This document shows positions 18,891 to 28,485 of a DNA stretch of 64,000 nt, one piece after another (position 1 is the first letter of the stretch; every line of letters starts with the position of its first letter). Made by a program: the position numbers and the translations under genes. The notes under the pieces were generated by a model. It did not search any database, was not told the origin of the DNA, and saw only the letters and a list, made by a program, of their open reading frames with translations. This DNA is from Dehalococcoidia bacterium (lineage in GTDB: Bacteria > Chloroflexota > Dehalococcoidia > Plut-88900): contig OZ240215.1 of assembly GCA_965197585.1 (NCBI GenBank), forward strand, positions 2,240,001 to 2,304,000, in the 5' to 3' direction.

Positions 18891-19871
18891 ATGGCGTTGA
18901 AAATAGGCATCCACGCGGGCCCCCAGGACTGCTCATACGAAGACCTGAAGCGGCTCTGGCACATGGCCGACACCTCAGGGTTCTACTGGGTATCCGTCTG
19001 GGACCACTTCTACGAGACCCCCGTCATCAATGGCAAAGGCCCATGCTTTGAGGCCGTTTCTATAATGACCGCCCTCGCGGCGGAGACCAAAAACGTCCGC
19101 GTGGGCTGTCTCGTATTCTGTGTTGGTACCCGCAACCCGGGCCTACTGGCCAAAGCCGCCGTCACCATTGACCACGTCAGCAACGGGCGTTTGGAGCTGG
19201 GAATCGGCTACGGCCCCTGGGGGCCGGAATACGTCGCCTATGGACTCGATCTACCTGCCATGAAGACCCAGATGGACATCCTGGAGGAAGCGGCGCAAAT
19301 CACGCGCTCCATGCTCCACAACGGGACCACCACCTTCCAGGGAAAACACTTTCAAATCGAAAACGCCCACGTGTACCCCCGACCCGTCCAAGACCCTCCG
19401 AGACTCTGGATAGCCGGAATCGGGGAAAGGCGCATCCTCCCCATGGTCGCCCGCTACGCCGACGGCTGGAATGCAACCTACATCCCCGACGCCGCCTTCG
19501 AATCAAAAAACCGGCTCTTAGATAGGCTGTGCGAACAGGAAGGCCGGGACCCCGCCGACATCGTCCGCTCCTGCAACGTAGGCTTCTACATGGGCGCCGA
19601 CGAAAAGTCAGCCCGGCGAAAGCGCCGGGAGTTCGAAGAGAAGTGGGGACGCGGGGAAGCCGGACCAGATGACGCCAACTACGACAAGGACCGGGACTAT
19701 CTCTCGGAGTTTGAACAGGGAATGATCTTAGGCACCGCCAAGGACGCCATCGAGCGCCTCGGCGCTCTGCAAGACGTCGGCGCCGACCAGGTCAACATCT
19801 CCGTCCGCGCCCCCTTCGACTGGGAAGGCCTCCAATCCTTCGTAGAAGAGGTCATACCGGCCTTCAATTAA
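18891..19871 (+). CDS. LLM-class (probably F420-dependent) oxidoreductase
   Basis: SVWDHF, RNPGLLAK, IDHVSNGRLELGIG, ARYADGWN. Confidence 0.92.
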   Translation: MALKIGIHAGPQDCSYEDLKRLWHMADTSGFYWVSVWDHFYETPVINGKGPCFEAVSIMTALAAETKNVRVGCLVFCVGTRNPGLLAKAAVTIDHVSNGRLELGIGYGPWGPEYVAYGLDLPAMKTQMDILEEAAQITRSMLHNGTTTFQGKHFQIENAHVYPRPVQDPPRLWIAGIGERRILPMVARYADGWNATYIPDAAFESKNRLLDRLCEQEGRDPADIVRSCNVGFYMGADEKSARRKRREFEEKWGRGEAGPDDANYDKDRDYLSEFEQGMILGTAKDAIERLGALQDVGADQVNISVRAPFDWEGLQSFVEEVIPAFN

Positions 19872-19891
19872 ATGGCCCTTCCGTAACACCC

Positions 19892-20104
19892 ATGAGTACA
19901 GCCCACAATGCGAAGGTCACATTCATAGTCAGTGTGGACGAAATCGACGGCGGCTATTCCGCCAGCGCTTTGGAGTACGGCATCCACACCCAGGCCGAAT
20001 CCCTAGACGAACTGCGCCACAACATCAGAGAAGCCGTAGATTGCCACTTCGACCCTGGGCAGGCCCTACCAAGAATTCAATACGCTTTTGGCACTCCAAT
20101 TTAG
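19892..20104 (+). CDS. HicB-like antitoxin domain protein (orphan)
   Basis: DGGYSA..IHTQAESLDELRHNIREAV HicB-fold pattern. Confidence 0.7.
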   Translation: MSTAHNAKVTFIVSVDEIDGGYSASALEYGIHTQAESLDELRHNIREAVDCHFDPGQALPRIQYAFGTPI

Positions 20105-20133
20105 TTTCGTACGGGATGGCGCGTCCTGCTAGA

Positions 20134-21477
20134 CTACCCCTCCCCCACCACCCGATCCACGAACTCCTTAGCCAACCCTAGGTAGGAGTCCGGGTCCAGC
20201 AGCCGATCAATCTCAGCCTCCGACAGAACGTTCGTCACCCTCTCATCCTCCATCAACAGCTCCTTCAGCCACCGACCCTCTTCGAACGCCTTCTGCGCCG
20301 CCTCGTAGACGACGTCGTGGGCGGTGAACCGGCCCAGGGTCTCCGCGAGCCCGATCATCACCGCCTCCGACATGATCAACCCGCGGCTGTGGTCGAGGTT
20401 CCGGCGCATGGCATCCGGTTTCACCTGCAGGTTCTCGAATATCCCGATTGACAGGTTCAACACCCCCGCGGCCAGGATGCACCCCTCCGATACGAAGTGC
20501 CACTCGCTGTGCCACACCGCCGAGTCCCGCTCGTCCTCGTGTTCCAGCCCCTCCAGCGCAACGCCCGCCAGCCCGCGAATAGTACGAGCCACTGCGATAA
20601 CCTGCTCCGACCAGGTCGGGTTCCGCTTCTGGGGCATCGTGCTGCTCCCCACCTGCCCCGGCCCGAACTTCTCTTCCAGTTCGCCCATCTCCGTTCGCTG
20701 CATCAGCACGACCTCGTGGGTCATCTTCGCAAGGCTGCCCGCAATCATGGAGAGTATCGCCATGAACTCAACAAGATTGTCCCTCGCCGAGTGCCACGTT
20801 ATAACAGGATTGCCGAGCCCCAGCTCCTCCATCAGCGCATCCCTCACCTCGGATGCCCGCCCCCCCAGTGATGATAGCGTCCCCGCTCCCCCGCTGAACT
20901 GCCCCACTAGCAGCCTGGGCTTGCACTCCTTCATCCGTTGAATGTGCCGACTCATCTCGTCCGCCCATACTGCCACCTTGTACCCGAATGTGATCGGCAA
21001 CGCCTGTTGTCCATGCGTCCGGCCCGCCATCAGTGTCCCCCGATGCTCCTTTGCCAGATTCACCAACGCTTGCTCCACACGGCCCAGGTCTCGCATCAGG
21101 ATCGCCAGGGCTTCCCTGATTTGAAGCACCATCCCCGTGTCCATGATGTCCTGGGTAGTCGCTCCCCAGTGGATATACTCCCCCGAGTCCCCCGGACAGT
21201 GCCGCTCAAGCTCCTTGATTACCGGCACGATCGGGTGCCGGGTCACGTCCATGTCCCGCTTGATCGCTTCGATGCTCATCTCATCGGCATTACAGTGGGC
21301 CGCTATGGCGTCTGCGGCTTCCTGTGGAACAATCCCCAGCCGCCCCTCCACCCGGGCAAGCGCCGCTTCGACATCCAGCCACCTCTGTAGCTGATTGCGC
21401 TCCTCGAAAATCGTCCGCATCTCGTCGGTGCCGAAGAGGTCCTTAAAGAACGCCGAGTCCAGGGGTGTAGAGCCCAT
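20134..21477 (-). CDS. Adenylosuccinate lyase / 3-carboxymuconate cycloisomerase family (fumarase superfamily)
   Basis: HWGATTQD, GRTHGQQA, GSSTMPQKRNP signature. Confidence 0.92.
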   Translation of the reverse strand: MGSTPLDSAFFKDLFGTDEMRTIFEERNQLQRWLDVEAALARVEGRLGIVPQEAADAIAAHCNADEMSIEAIKRDMDVTRHPIVPVIKELERHCPGDSGEYIHWGATTQDIMDTGMVLQIREALAILMRDLGRVEQALVNLAKEHRGTLMAGRTHGQQALPITFGYKVAVWADEMSRHIQRMKECKPRLLVGQFSGGAGTLSSLGGRASEVRDALMEELGLGNPVITWHSARDNLVEFMAILSMIAGSLAKMTHEVVLMQRTEMGELEEKFGPGQVGSSTMPQKRNPTWSEQVIAVARTIRGLAGVALEGLEHEDERDSAVWHSEWHFVSEGCILAAGVLNLSIGIFENLQVKPDAMRRNLDHSRGLIMSEAVMIGLAETLGRFTAHDVVYEAAQKAFEEGRWLKELLMEDERVTNVLSEAEIDRLLDPDSYLGLAKEFVDRVVGEG

Positions 21478-21669
21478 CTCATGTTCCTTTCGATCTGAGG
21501 TGGATTTTGGTAACGTCCGCCTAGCCTAATCCCGACGAATCGGTATGGCAACAGTGGCCGGCATTTATGTTCCTATGTTCCCTGCACCAGATGATTGGTC
21601 GCCCTCTTTTGAAGATGCTATAATGGAATGTGTCCCAATTGGGGCACTAAACTGTATAGGAGGTGCGTG

Positions 21670-21933
21670 ATGCCCAAAACCGCAATGGTTCGTGCTCGCG
21701 TGGAGCCGGAACTGAAACGACGTGCAGAAGAACTCTTTTCTGAGCTCGGCCTCTCAACCACAGAGGCCATAACTTTGTTCTACAAGCAGGTCGCCATCCA
21801 CCATGGCCTCCCCTTTTCTGTAAGGATTCCCAACGCAGTAACTGTCGAGGCAATGCGACAAGCAGAGAACCGAGAGGACCTTATCGAATACTCCAGTCTC
21901 GATGAGTTTAAGGAAAGCCTCGAGCAAGCATAG
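21670..21933 (+). CDS. dinJ: RelB/DinJ antitoxin
   Basis: VRARV..LK..AEELF..LGL...AI.LF...GLPF..IPN; SD GGAGG. Confidence 0.88.
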   Translation: MPKTAMVRARVEPELKRRAEELFSELGLSTTEAITLFYKQVAIHHGLPFSVRIPNAVTVEAMRQAENREDLIEYSSLDEFKESLEQA

Positions 21934-22200
21934 ATGCGGCTTCTCCAAACGAGGCAGTTTAGAAGGGACGCCATCAGGGCAAAGAGGCGAGGCAAGTCCC
22001 TCGACAAACTGTGCGCGGTAGTAGAACTACTTTTGTCAGGCGAGCCCCTCTCTGAACGGTACAGGCCCCACCGTTTGTCCGGTCGGAGGTCTCATTATTG
22101 GGAATGCCATATTGAACCGAATTGGCTTTTGATCTGGTTTCGAGAAGAGGGTGACTTGCTTTTGGTACGTACTGGTACACACTCCGACCTATTCGATTAA
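21934..22200 (+). CDS. yafQ: YafQ-family mRNA interferase toxin
   Basis: H.LSG, ECHIEPNWLLIW, RTGTHSDLF. Confidence 0.9.
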   Translation: MRLLQTRQFRRDAIRAKRRGKSLDKLCAVVELLLSGEPLSERYRPHRLSGRRSHYWECHIEPNWLLIWFREEGDLLLVRTGTHSDLFD

Positions 22201-22261
22201 CCCGTTAATCCCCACCCTCGCGCTATAATGTCCCCACCCAACCCCACAGGAGGACCCCGAC

Positions 22262-22663
22262 ATGAAGAAAGAGGTCGTCAATTCACCCAAGATCGGCAAG
22301 GCTTTTTCCAGCACCACCTGTCACGCCACCAAGGCCGGCGGCTTCCTGTTCATCACCGGCCAGGTCGCCAACCCCCCGGACGTCGGCGGCAACCCCCATT
22401 CCACCCCCGAGATGGGCAGTATAGAGCAGCAGGCCACCCAGGTCATGGAGAACCTCAAGGCCATCCTCGAGGAGGCCGGTACGTCTTTCGACAACGTCCT
22501 CAAGCGCAACGTCTATCTGACCCACATCAACGACTTCGACCCCGTCTACAAGGTCATGCAGACATACCTCACCTCGCCCATGGCCAGCACCGGCATCCTC
22601 GCCGGCCTGATCCCCCCCAGCGCCCGACTCGAGATTGAGCTCATCGCCGTCATCCCTGACTAA
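22262..22663 (+). CDS. RidA/YjgF family protein
   Basis: LFITGQVA, NLKAILEEAG, VYL, LEIELIA. Confidence 0.88.
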   Translation: MKKEVVNSPKIGKAFSSTTCHATKAGGFLFITGQVANPPDVGGNPHSTPEMGSIEQQATQVMENLKAILEEAGTSFDNVLKRNVYLTHINDFDPVYKVMQTYLTSPMASTGILAGLIPPSARLEIELIAVIPD

Positions 22664-22693
22664 CCCCCCATTCACACATAGGAGAATTCCTAC

Positions 22694-23119
22694 ATGTTCA
22701 TCCGCCTGCACCACGTCGGCCTCCTCGTCAAAGACCTCAACGAGACCAAGAAGCTCTACTGCGACCACTTCGGTCTCACACCCGGCCGGGAGTTCGACCT
22801 CGTCGAAGAAGACGTTCGCATCCTTAACATCCCTATCGGCGAAAGCATGATCGAGGTCAACCAGGTCATCAATGACGACAGCGGCGTGGCGCGTTACCTC
22901 GGAAAAAGGGGCGATGGCCTCCACCACATCTGCCTGGAGTCCGACAACCTGGACGCCGACCTGGAGATGCTTAAACCCCTCGGCTACGACCTCATCAAAC
23001 CCATCGGCTCCAACGACTACGGCTTCCGAGTCGGGTGGATTCACCCCAAGCAGGCGCAGGGCGTCCTAATCGAACTCTGGGAGAACCCCAAAGGCAAACC
23101 CGACATCTCCCGCTCGTAA
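22694..23119 (+). CDS. VOC family protein (methylmalonyl-CoA epimerase-like)
   Basis: HHVGLLV, GLHHICL, IHPK..GVLIEL. Confidence 0.85.
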   Translation: MFIRLHHVGLLVKDLNETKKLYCDHFGLTPGREFDLVEEDVRILNIPIGESMIEVNQVINDDSGVARYLGKRGDGLHHICLESDNLDADLEMLKPLGYDLIKPIGSNDYGFRVGWIHPKQAQGVLIELWENPKGKPDISRS

Positions 23120-23130
23120 CCCGGCGCTAG

Positions 23131-23505
23131 CTACCCGTACAACCCGTCCGTCTTGGCGGCCATAATGAAGTCGTTGCGGTGCAGGTTTCTGATTTTGTGC
23201 GTCCACCAGGTCACACGCACCTTACCCCACTCGGTCACCAGTCTCGGGTGGTGACCCTCGGCGTCTGCCGCGCTCCCCACAGCCTCGGTAAAGGCCAGCG
23301 CATCCCCGAAGTTCGAAAACTTGAACGTGCGGTCCAGCTTGGGAATTCCCCCCTCGTCTATCAACTCCCATTCCGACACCTGCGGGTGAAGCTCGGCGAT
23401 CTCCTCTTCAGTAACATGAGGCGCATCTCTCCGACAGGCCACACACCGCTCCTGCGTCAATGTTGTCAACGTTCTTTCCTCCAGCCTTATCCAATGCCCC
23501 CACAT
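23131..23505 (-). CDS. phhB: Pterin-4a-carbinolamine dehydratase (start uncertain)
   Basis: EGHHP, WWTHKI..LHRNDFIMAAK. Confidence 0.9.
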   Translation of the reverse strand: MWGHWIRLEERTLTTLTQERCVACRRDAPHVTEEEIAELHPQVSEWELIDEGGIPKLDRTFKFSNFGDALAFTEAVGSAADAEGHHPRLVTEWGKVRVTWWTHKIRNLHRNDFIMAAKTDGLYG

Positions 23506-23564
23506 GGTACCGGACTAGGGGCGAGCGTCGGGGCAATGCCCCGACGCTCGCCCCTGTTCATTCT

Positions 23565-23618
23565 TCCCCCTCTCCCTTGAGGGCCCTAAGGGAGCGGGGG
23601 ATAAAGGGGGAGAGGGTT
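23565..23618. repeat. CCCCCTCTCCC..GGGAG[A/C]GGGG palindromic repeat
   Basis: Near-identical copy at about 40113-40166; partial copy near 32618. Confidence 0.65.
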
Positions 23619-23724
23619 CTTGCCCTTCCCCTTGCCGCCCCCCGTCTTCTACGATATATTACATCGGCTGATAGCCGTAACGACCTGCATTTCGGCTCAA
23701 CCTTTACCAATCCGGGTGATTTCT

Positions 23725-23922
23725 ATGGCATACGCCGAGCAAGACAGCATAGCGGCCGACATGCAGTTCAAGAGCCCCAGCGGGCTTACCATCAAGACCA
23801 CTGGCAACACCGTCTACCTGGACGCCGACAGCATGTACGTCCACGAAGTCGAAATCGCCGATGGTGAATGGACCGGCGAAAAGTTCCTCCTCAACCTGGA
23901 CTTCGCCGAAGCCCTTTCCTAG
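23725..23922 (+). CDS. Small hypothetical protein
   Basis: 65-aa ORF with host-typical C-ending codons. Confidence 0.7.
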   Translation: MAYAEQDSIAADMQFKSPSGLTIKTTGNTVYLDADSMYVHEVEIADGEWTGEKFLLNLDFAEALS

Positions 23923-24049
23923 CCTGCACCGGCACTTCCCTCTTCGGTCATTCCTGTGTAGGCAGGCTGTAAGTGCGCCAAGGCGTGAATCCATCCCCCC
24001 ATCGGCTAGAAAGCATCACTTATTACGGCGCAATTAGTGATGCTTCAGT

Positions 24050-24502
24050 TTATAAGTGGGGTGGAGCGGAAGAGAGCCCCCTCCCCACCCCCTCAAAAAA
24101 CCGCCCCGCCATATTGTTAGCAACCCCCTCGAACATCCGCCCCCCGAGCCACCCCAACCCCCCGCCCATCTTCACCTCGACTCGGTACTTCACCATAGTT
24201 CCCTCCCCCGACGGTGAAAACCACACCTCCCCGTCCCCCGACACCGGCCCCAAAGGCCCCTCCCCCAAGATCAGCACCCGGCTATACGAATCCGGTGTCT
24301 CTTCACGGTATCGAATCTCTCCCTCGTAACTGCCCTTCATCCCTCCGAAATCCGCCTCGAAGACTGCCTTGAAAACCCCATCATCAACCCTCTCGACGCC
24401 CTTGCAAGCAGGTATGGAACGAGCCAGGGTGTCGGGATCGTGTAGTGCAGTCCAAACCTCTCCCGGCGAGCCTGCGAGCGTCACCGCGCCTTCTATCTTC
24501 AA
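24050..24502 (-). CDS. CoxG (SRPBCC) family protein
   Basis: VW.AL.DP..LA.SIP.C pattern; GGRMFEGVA..FF. Confidence 0.85.
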   Translation of the reverse strand: MKIEGAVTLAGSPGEVWTALHDPDTLARSIPACKGVERVDDGVFKAVFEADFGGMKGSYEGEIRYREETPDSYSRVLILGEGPLGPVSGDGEVWFSPSGEGTMVKYRVEVKMGGGLGWLGGRMFEGVANNMAGRFFEGVGRGLSSAPPHL

Positions 24503-24512
24503 ACCTTCTCCA

Positions 24513-25607
24513 TCACAACGCCCGCAGAATCTCGCCCCTCAGCCGCTCTACCCAACCGGCAATCGACCTGTTGGACAACACCCTCACCCCCGACACCCCC
24601 ATCATCCGATAGACCCACCCCCGGCTCACCTTGCTCCTACTCGATGGATCGAGCCACTCCTTATTTCTCGCTAGCTCCGCCAACGTCCCCAGTCCCATCA
24701 GCAACGGCCAAGCCACGGCCAACCGAAGCCGATAGTGCTTTGTCGGAATCGCTTGAAGGTATCCGCTTGCGGCTCGGTAGTTGTCCAGTGCCCTGTTGAT
24801 ACCCCACACCAGCGCGGGCCTTGCCTTGGCGCTCGCCCCGGCATCGAGCAAGTCTTCCGCCGAGAGCCCACACCCTTCAAGCACTCCCCTTGGCAGGTAG
24901 CACCGACCCAAGCGCAGGTCCTTCGGCACGTCCCTGAGGATATTCGTCAACTGCAATGCCTTACCGAACCTGACTCCCTTCTTACTCATCTCCCTGGCAT
25001 CCCAGCCCCCGAGCCCAGGATTGTGGTCCATGCTCATCTCGGTCCAGAACTGGCCCACGCAACCCGCCACAAGGTAGGTGTATTCATCCAGCTGCTTCGC
25101 CGTCTCAAAACCCGACACCCCTTCCCGGCGGAAATACGTCAGGTCCATCTCCATCCCCTGTGTCAGCGTCACCACGACTTGCCGCACCCGAAACCGGTCC
25201 ATCTCCCCAAGACCCTCAAGCATCGATATGACCTTGGGCATCGACCTGATCAACTCTCTCTCCGCTCGCTCTGACTTGGGCGAAGCTCCCACCCTAACCG
25301 ACCGTGCCAGTGCCTCAATCTCCCCTAAGTCCCCCGGCCCGTCCACTTGCCTCCGAAAGTCGAGGAGCGCAGTCAGCCTGTCCTGCGCGGAGGGGGTGTT
25401 CGTATCGGCAATCGTGTCCGCTGTCCGCGCCAGCAAATAGGCGAGTCCCACAGGAGTCCTGAGGTTTCCTGGAAGTACGCGAAGAGTGAGATAGAAGGCC
25501 CGGGACGTCTCTTTTAGCGCGGGCCCCAGCAGCCGGGCCTGTTCATCCGGCGTTACGGGTGGCAGCCCTCCCCCGACCCTCGATTCTTCCAAGTCCCCAA
25601 CTGCCAT
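24513..25607 (-). CDS. Squalene/phytoene synthase family protein
   Basis: SRAF, YLLARTADTIAD, YTYLVAGCVG, LQLTNILRDV..DL..GRCYLP. Confidence 0.92.
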   Translation of the reverse strand: MAVGDLEESRVGGGLPPVTPDEQARLLGPALKETSRAFYLTLRVLPGNLRTPVGLAYLLARTADTIADTNTPSAQDRLTALLDFRRQVDGPGDLGEIEALARSVRVGASPKSERAERELIRSMPKVISMLEGLGEMDRFRVRQVVVTLTQGMEMDLTYFRREGVSGFETAKQLDEYTYLVAGCVGQFWTEMSMDHNPGLGGWDAREMSKKGVRFGKALQLTNILRDVPKDLRLGRCYLPRGVLEGCGLSAEDLLDAGASAKARPALVWGINRALDNYRAASGYLQAIPTKHYRLRLAVAWPLLMGLGTLAELARNKEWLDPSSRSKVSRGWVYRMMGVSGVRVLSNRSIAGWVERLRGEILRAL

Positions 25608-25730
25608 TTTAGCTAGGCTAAGCCTAGACCCACCCCCTCATGCTAAGCCCGCTGAAAGTGAGCCTTTGGCGGAAAGGATCGAAGTATGAGTGATGCGCCC
25701 AAACCACACTTGCTGAAGTAAAGCCCACCC

Positions 25731-27278
25731 CTACCCCACCAGCCCCGAGGCCACCTTCATCCCAATCAGCATGCTCGTCAGATTCGTGTTGGCCAAGGGT
25801 ATTAACGGGATTATCGAGGCATCTGCAACGTACAGGTTTTCGATCCTATGCACCTTCCCCGCAGCATCCACAACCGCCCCTGGGTCCGAGGCAGGCCCCA
25901 TCTTGCACGTCCCCGACGCATGGCTATAGTTCACTATTGACTCCCGAAGCTGGCCTAATATCTCCTCGTCGGTCTGCTTACTTCCCCAGGGTTCAAGCTC
26001 GCTCTCAATAAGCGAGGACATCGGCGCCGCCTGTGCCACTCTGCGCAAAAGCCTGAGTGCGTATATCAGGGCAGCCGTGTCCCGGCCCCCTTCGTCGGTC
26101 AGGTAGTTGGTTGCGATTCTTGGGGCGGCGTTCGGGTCCCGGCTCGTAATCCACACCCGGCCCCGGGACCGGGCCGCCATGTGACAGACGAACCCTTGCA
26201 GGGTGCGTGACTCCAAGGTTCTAGGCACCTGGGAAGGCAGCAAATGCAGATCGAAGGGCAGGTCTTCCTGGCACACGGGGCTCCGAGCCCGTAGGATCAC
26301 CTGACCCCGGTACACGCTATCCTCTCCCAAGTCCCGGACCACCCGCTCCCAACCCTCGTCTGTCGGTTTGTAGCTGATATAGAAGGACGGGTGATCGTGC
26401 AGGTTGCGCCCGACACCCTCTATCACCACCGACTCCGGGATTCCAACCTCCTTCAACACCTCCCGCGGCCCCACCCCCGACCTCATCAAAATCGGCGGTG
26501 TACCATGGGTCCCCGTTGAGAGCAATATCGTGTCTGCCCGAAGCTCCACATCCTCCCCCCGAGACTTCACGATCAACGCCTCGGCCCTCGCCCCTTCAAT
26601 AACCACCCTGTCAACCATCGTGTGGTCCCAGATGGTCAGATTGGGGTTGTCTCTAACCGGGTCGAGAAACGCAAACGCCGCGTTCCAACGCTCCGTGTCC
26701 TTGACGTTCCCATGGTAAGAGGCCACGCCCTCGCCCGGTTCCGGCCCGCCCATGTCCACCACCCTGCCGAAACCCTCGTTTAGGCTTGCCGCTATAAACG
26801 CCCGCTGGTACAGCGAAAGCTCCTCTTCCTGCATCCTCTTCGTATACAACGGCCCCTGCGTGCCCCTGTAAGGCGTCACCGAGTCCCCTGCCGTCCCCTC
26901 AATCTGCTGTATCAGTGGGAAAAGGTCTTCATATCTCCAGCCGGGATTGCCGGCCTCGGCCCAGGCATCGTAGTCCCGGGGCACGCCCCAGATCGCCGCG
27001 CAATCGTTGTGGGAAGAGCACCCGCCAATAACCTTCGCCCGAAGCTCTATGAAGCTGGACCCATCGAGTCGGTCCGCGTAATAGCCCCAGTCGTGGCTGT
27101 CTGGATCGAACCGGGGGTCGAGAAGGTCTTTAGGCCAGCGTCCCTCGGCCTTTGGCCCATAGTCGGGCCCCGCCTCTAGCAGCGCCACCGAAAGCCCGGC
27201 CTTGCAGAGAACGTTGGCCGCCGCGCATCCCGCCGACCCCCCACCCGCAACTATCACATCGTAACGCAGCTTTTTCAT
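25731..27278 (-). CDS. GMC-family (choline dehydrogenase-like) oxidoreductase
   Basis: GGGSAG, GGCSSHN, GRNLHDH, HASGTCKMG, ANTN. Confidence 0.93.
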   Translation of the reverse strand: MKKLRYDVIVAGGGSAGCAAANVLCKAGLSVALLEAGPDYGPKAEGRWPKDLLDPRFDPDSHDWGYYADRLDGSSFIELRAKVIGGCSSHNDCAAIWGVPRDYDAWAEAGNPGWRYEDLFPLIQQIEGTAGDSVTPYRGTQGPLYTKRMQEEELSLYQRAFIAASLNEGFGRVVDMGGPEPGEGVASYHGNVKDTERWNAAFAFLDPVRDNPNLTIWDHTMVDRVVIEGARAEALIVKSRGEDVELRADTILLSTGTHGTPPILMRSGVGPREVLKEVGIPESVVIEGVGRNLHDHPSFYISYKPTDEGWERVVRDLGEDSVYRGQVILRARSPVCQEDLPFDLHLLPSQVPRTLESRTLQGFVCHMAARSRGRVWITSRDPNAAPRIATNYLTDEGGRDTAALIYALRLLRRVAQAAPMSSLIESELEPWGSKQTDEEILGQLRESIVNYSHASGTCKMGPASDPGAVVDAAGKVHRIENLYVADASIIPLIPLANTNLTSMLIGMKVASGLVG

Positions 27279-27305
27279 CGTTGTATTCCGGGTGGACGGG
27301 CCGGA

Positions 27306-28193
27306 CTAAAACCCCAGCCGTTCGATATGCTCTATCAGCTGCTTCACGGTCGCCTCCCCGGCTCGTGGCCCAGGCTGCCGTACCGCCGGATTCCCTATCA
27401 GCCCTCGGTAATGGAGCGCGCTCTTCCGTATGCTCAGGTCTATTCCCTCCTGCACTTCGAACAGGACCAGCGGCAGCCACTCATAGAAGAGCTTTTCAGC
27501 TTCCCCCGTCTCACCCTCCGCCATGTGCCGGCATATCCGCACCAGTGTCTCCGGGAACGCGAAACCTGTCATCGCCCCCGACGCCCCCTGCGCCAGCTCG
27601 TCGACCAGGAACAGCCCCCCCAACCCCCCGAACAGTGCCAATCTGTCGCCGGCTAGTGCCTTTATCGCTCGAATCTTCGGCGGCGTCGGTGGCGCCTCGA
27701 TCTTGCAGTACTGCACCGACGGAATGTTGTCGGCCAGCCTCATGAAGAACTCCGGCGGCATGTGTACCCCCGTGGTCTTCGGGTAGTCCTGCACCACTAA
27801 GTCGATATCGACTGCCTCCGCCAACCGGTGGTAATGAGCGTATACGGCTTCCAGGTTGGTCTTGGGCATCGGCGGAGGCGCGACCATAACAGCGGCTGCG
27901 CCCATCTCCTTGGCTTCCCGTGTCCGCGCTATCGCAACCATCGTGCTCGGCCCGGACGTTCCCAGCGTCACCGGCATCCCGTTCGCCGCCGAGATCACGG
28001 CCTCTGCCACCCCCCTCCCCTCAGCGTCGGTCAAGCGGTGTGCTTCTCCCATTACACCCAGCGCCACCACACCCTCACACCCCGACTCCCGCGCCTTTCC
28101 GACAAGGTTCGGGATGCTCGCCTCGTCCACCGTTTCGTCTTTGTTGAACGGCGTAGCCAGCATCCAGTGTACACCCTTGAGTTTAGCTGCCAT
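27306..28193 (-). CDS. Dihydrodipicolinate synthase family aldolase/dehydratase
   Basis: TPF, GVMGE, QDYP, KIE Schiff-base Lys. Confidence 0.9.
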   Translation of the reverse strand: MAAKLKGVHWMLATPFNKDETVDEASIPNLVGKARESGCEGVVALGVMGEAHRLTDAEGRGVAEAVISAANGMPVTLGTSGPSTMVAIARTREAKEMGAAAVMVAPPPMPKTNLEAVYAHYHRLAEAVDIDLVVQDYPKTTGVHMPPEFFMRLADNIPSVQYCKIEAPPTPPKIRAIKALAGDRLALFGGLGGLFLVDELAQGASGAMTGFAFPETLVRICRHMAEGETGEAEKLFYEWLPLVLFEVQEGIDLSIRKSALHYRGLIGNPAVRQPGPRAGEATVKQLIEHIERLGF

Positions 28194-28485
28194 CCGAGAC
28201 CTCCCTGTCAAATACGCGCATCCGCTGACCCATGCCGTTGGAGATGCTGAAAGTACGCCTACGGCGTGCGCCGCATTATGTTTGACCCCCTTCACGGGTG
28301 TCAACAGTGCCCCCTTGCATCCCCCACCTCCCCACCCTATCCTTTCCAATGTAGAAAAAGCACTGAAGGTCCATTAAGTGGCGCGCAAAGTTTCTCGAAA
28401 CAATCAATAATCGTGCCTGAGTTAGCGATTCAATCAAAGGTCCTGATGCCCTGATTATAGTCAACCCCCCGGAGGCCCTAACCTA

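Noticed and set aside
24050-24502. CO dehydrogenase operon
   Set aside because: Only a CoxG-like gene is present; no coxLMS in the window.
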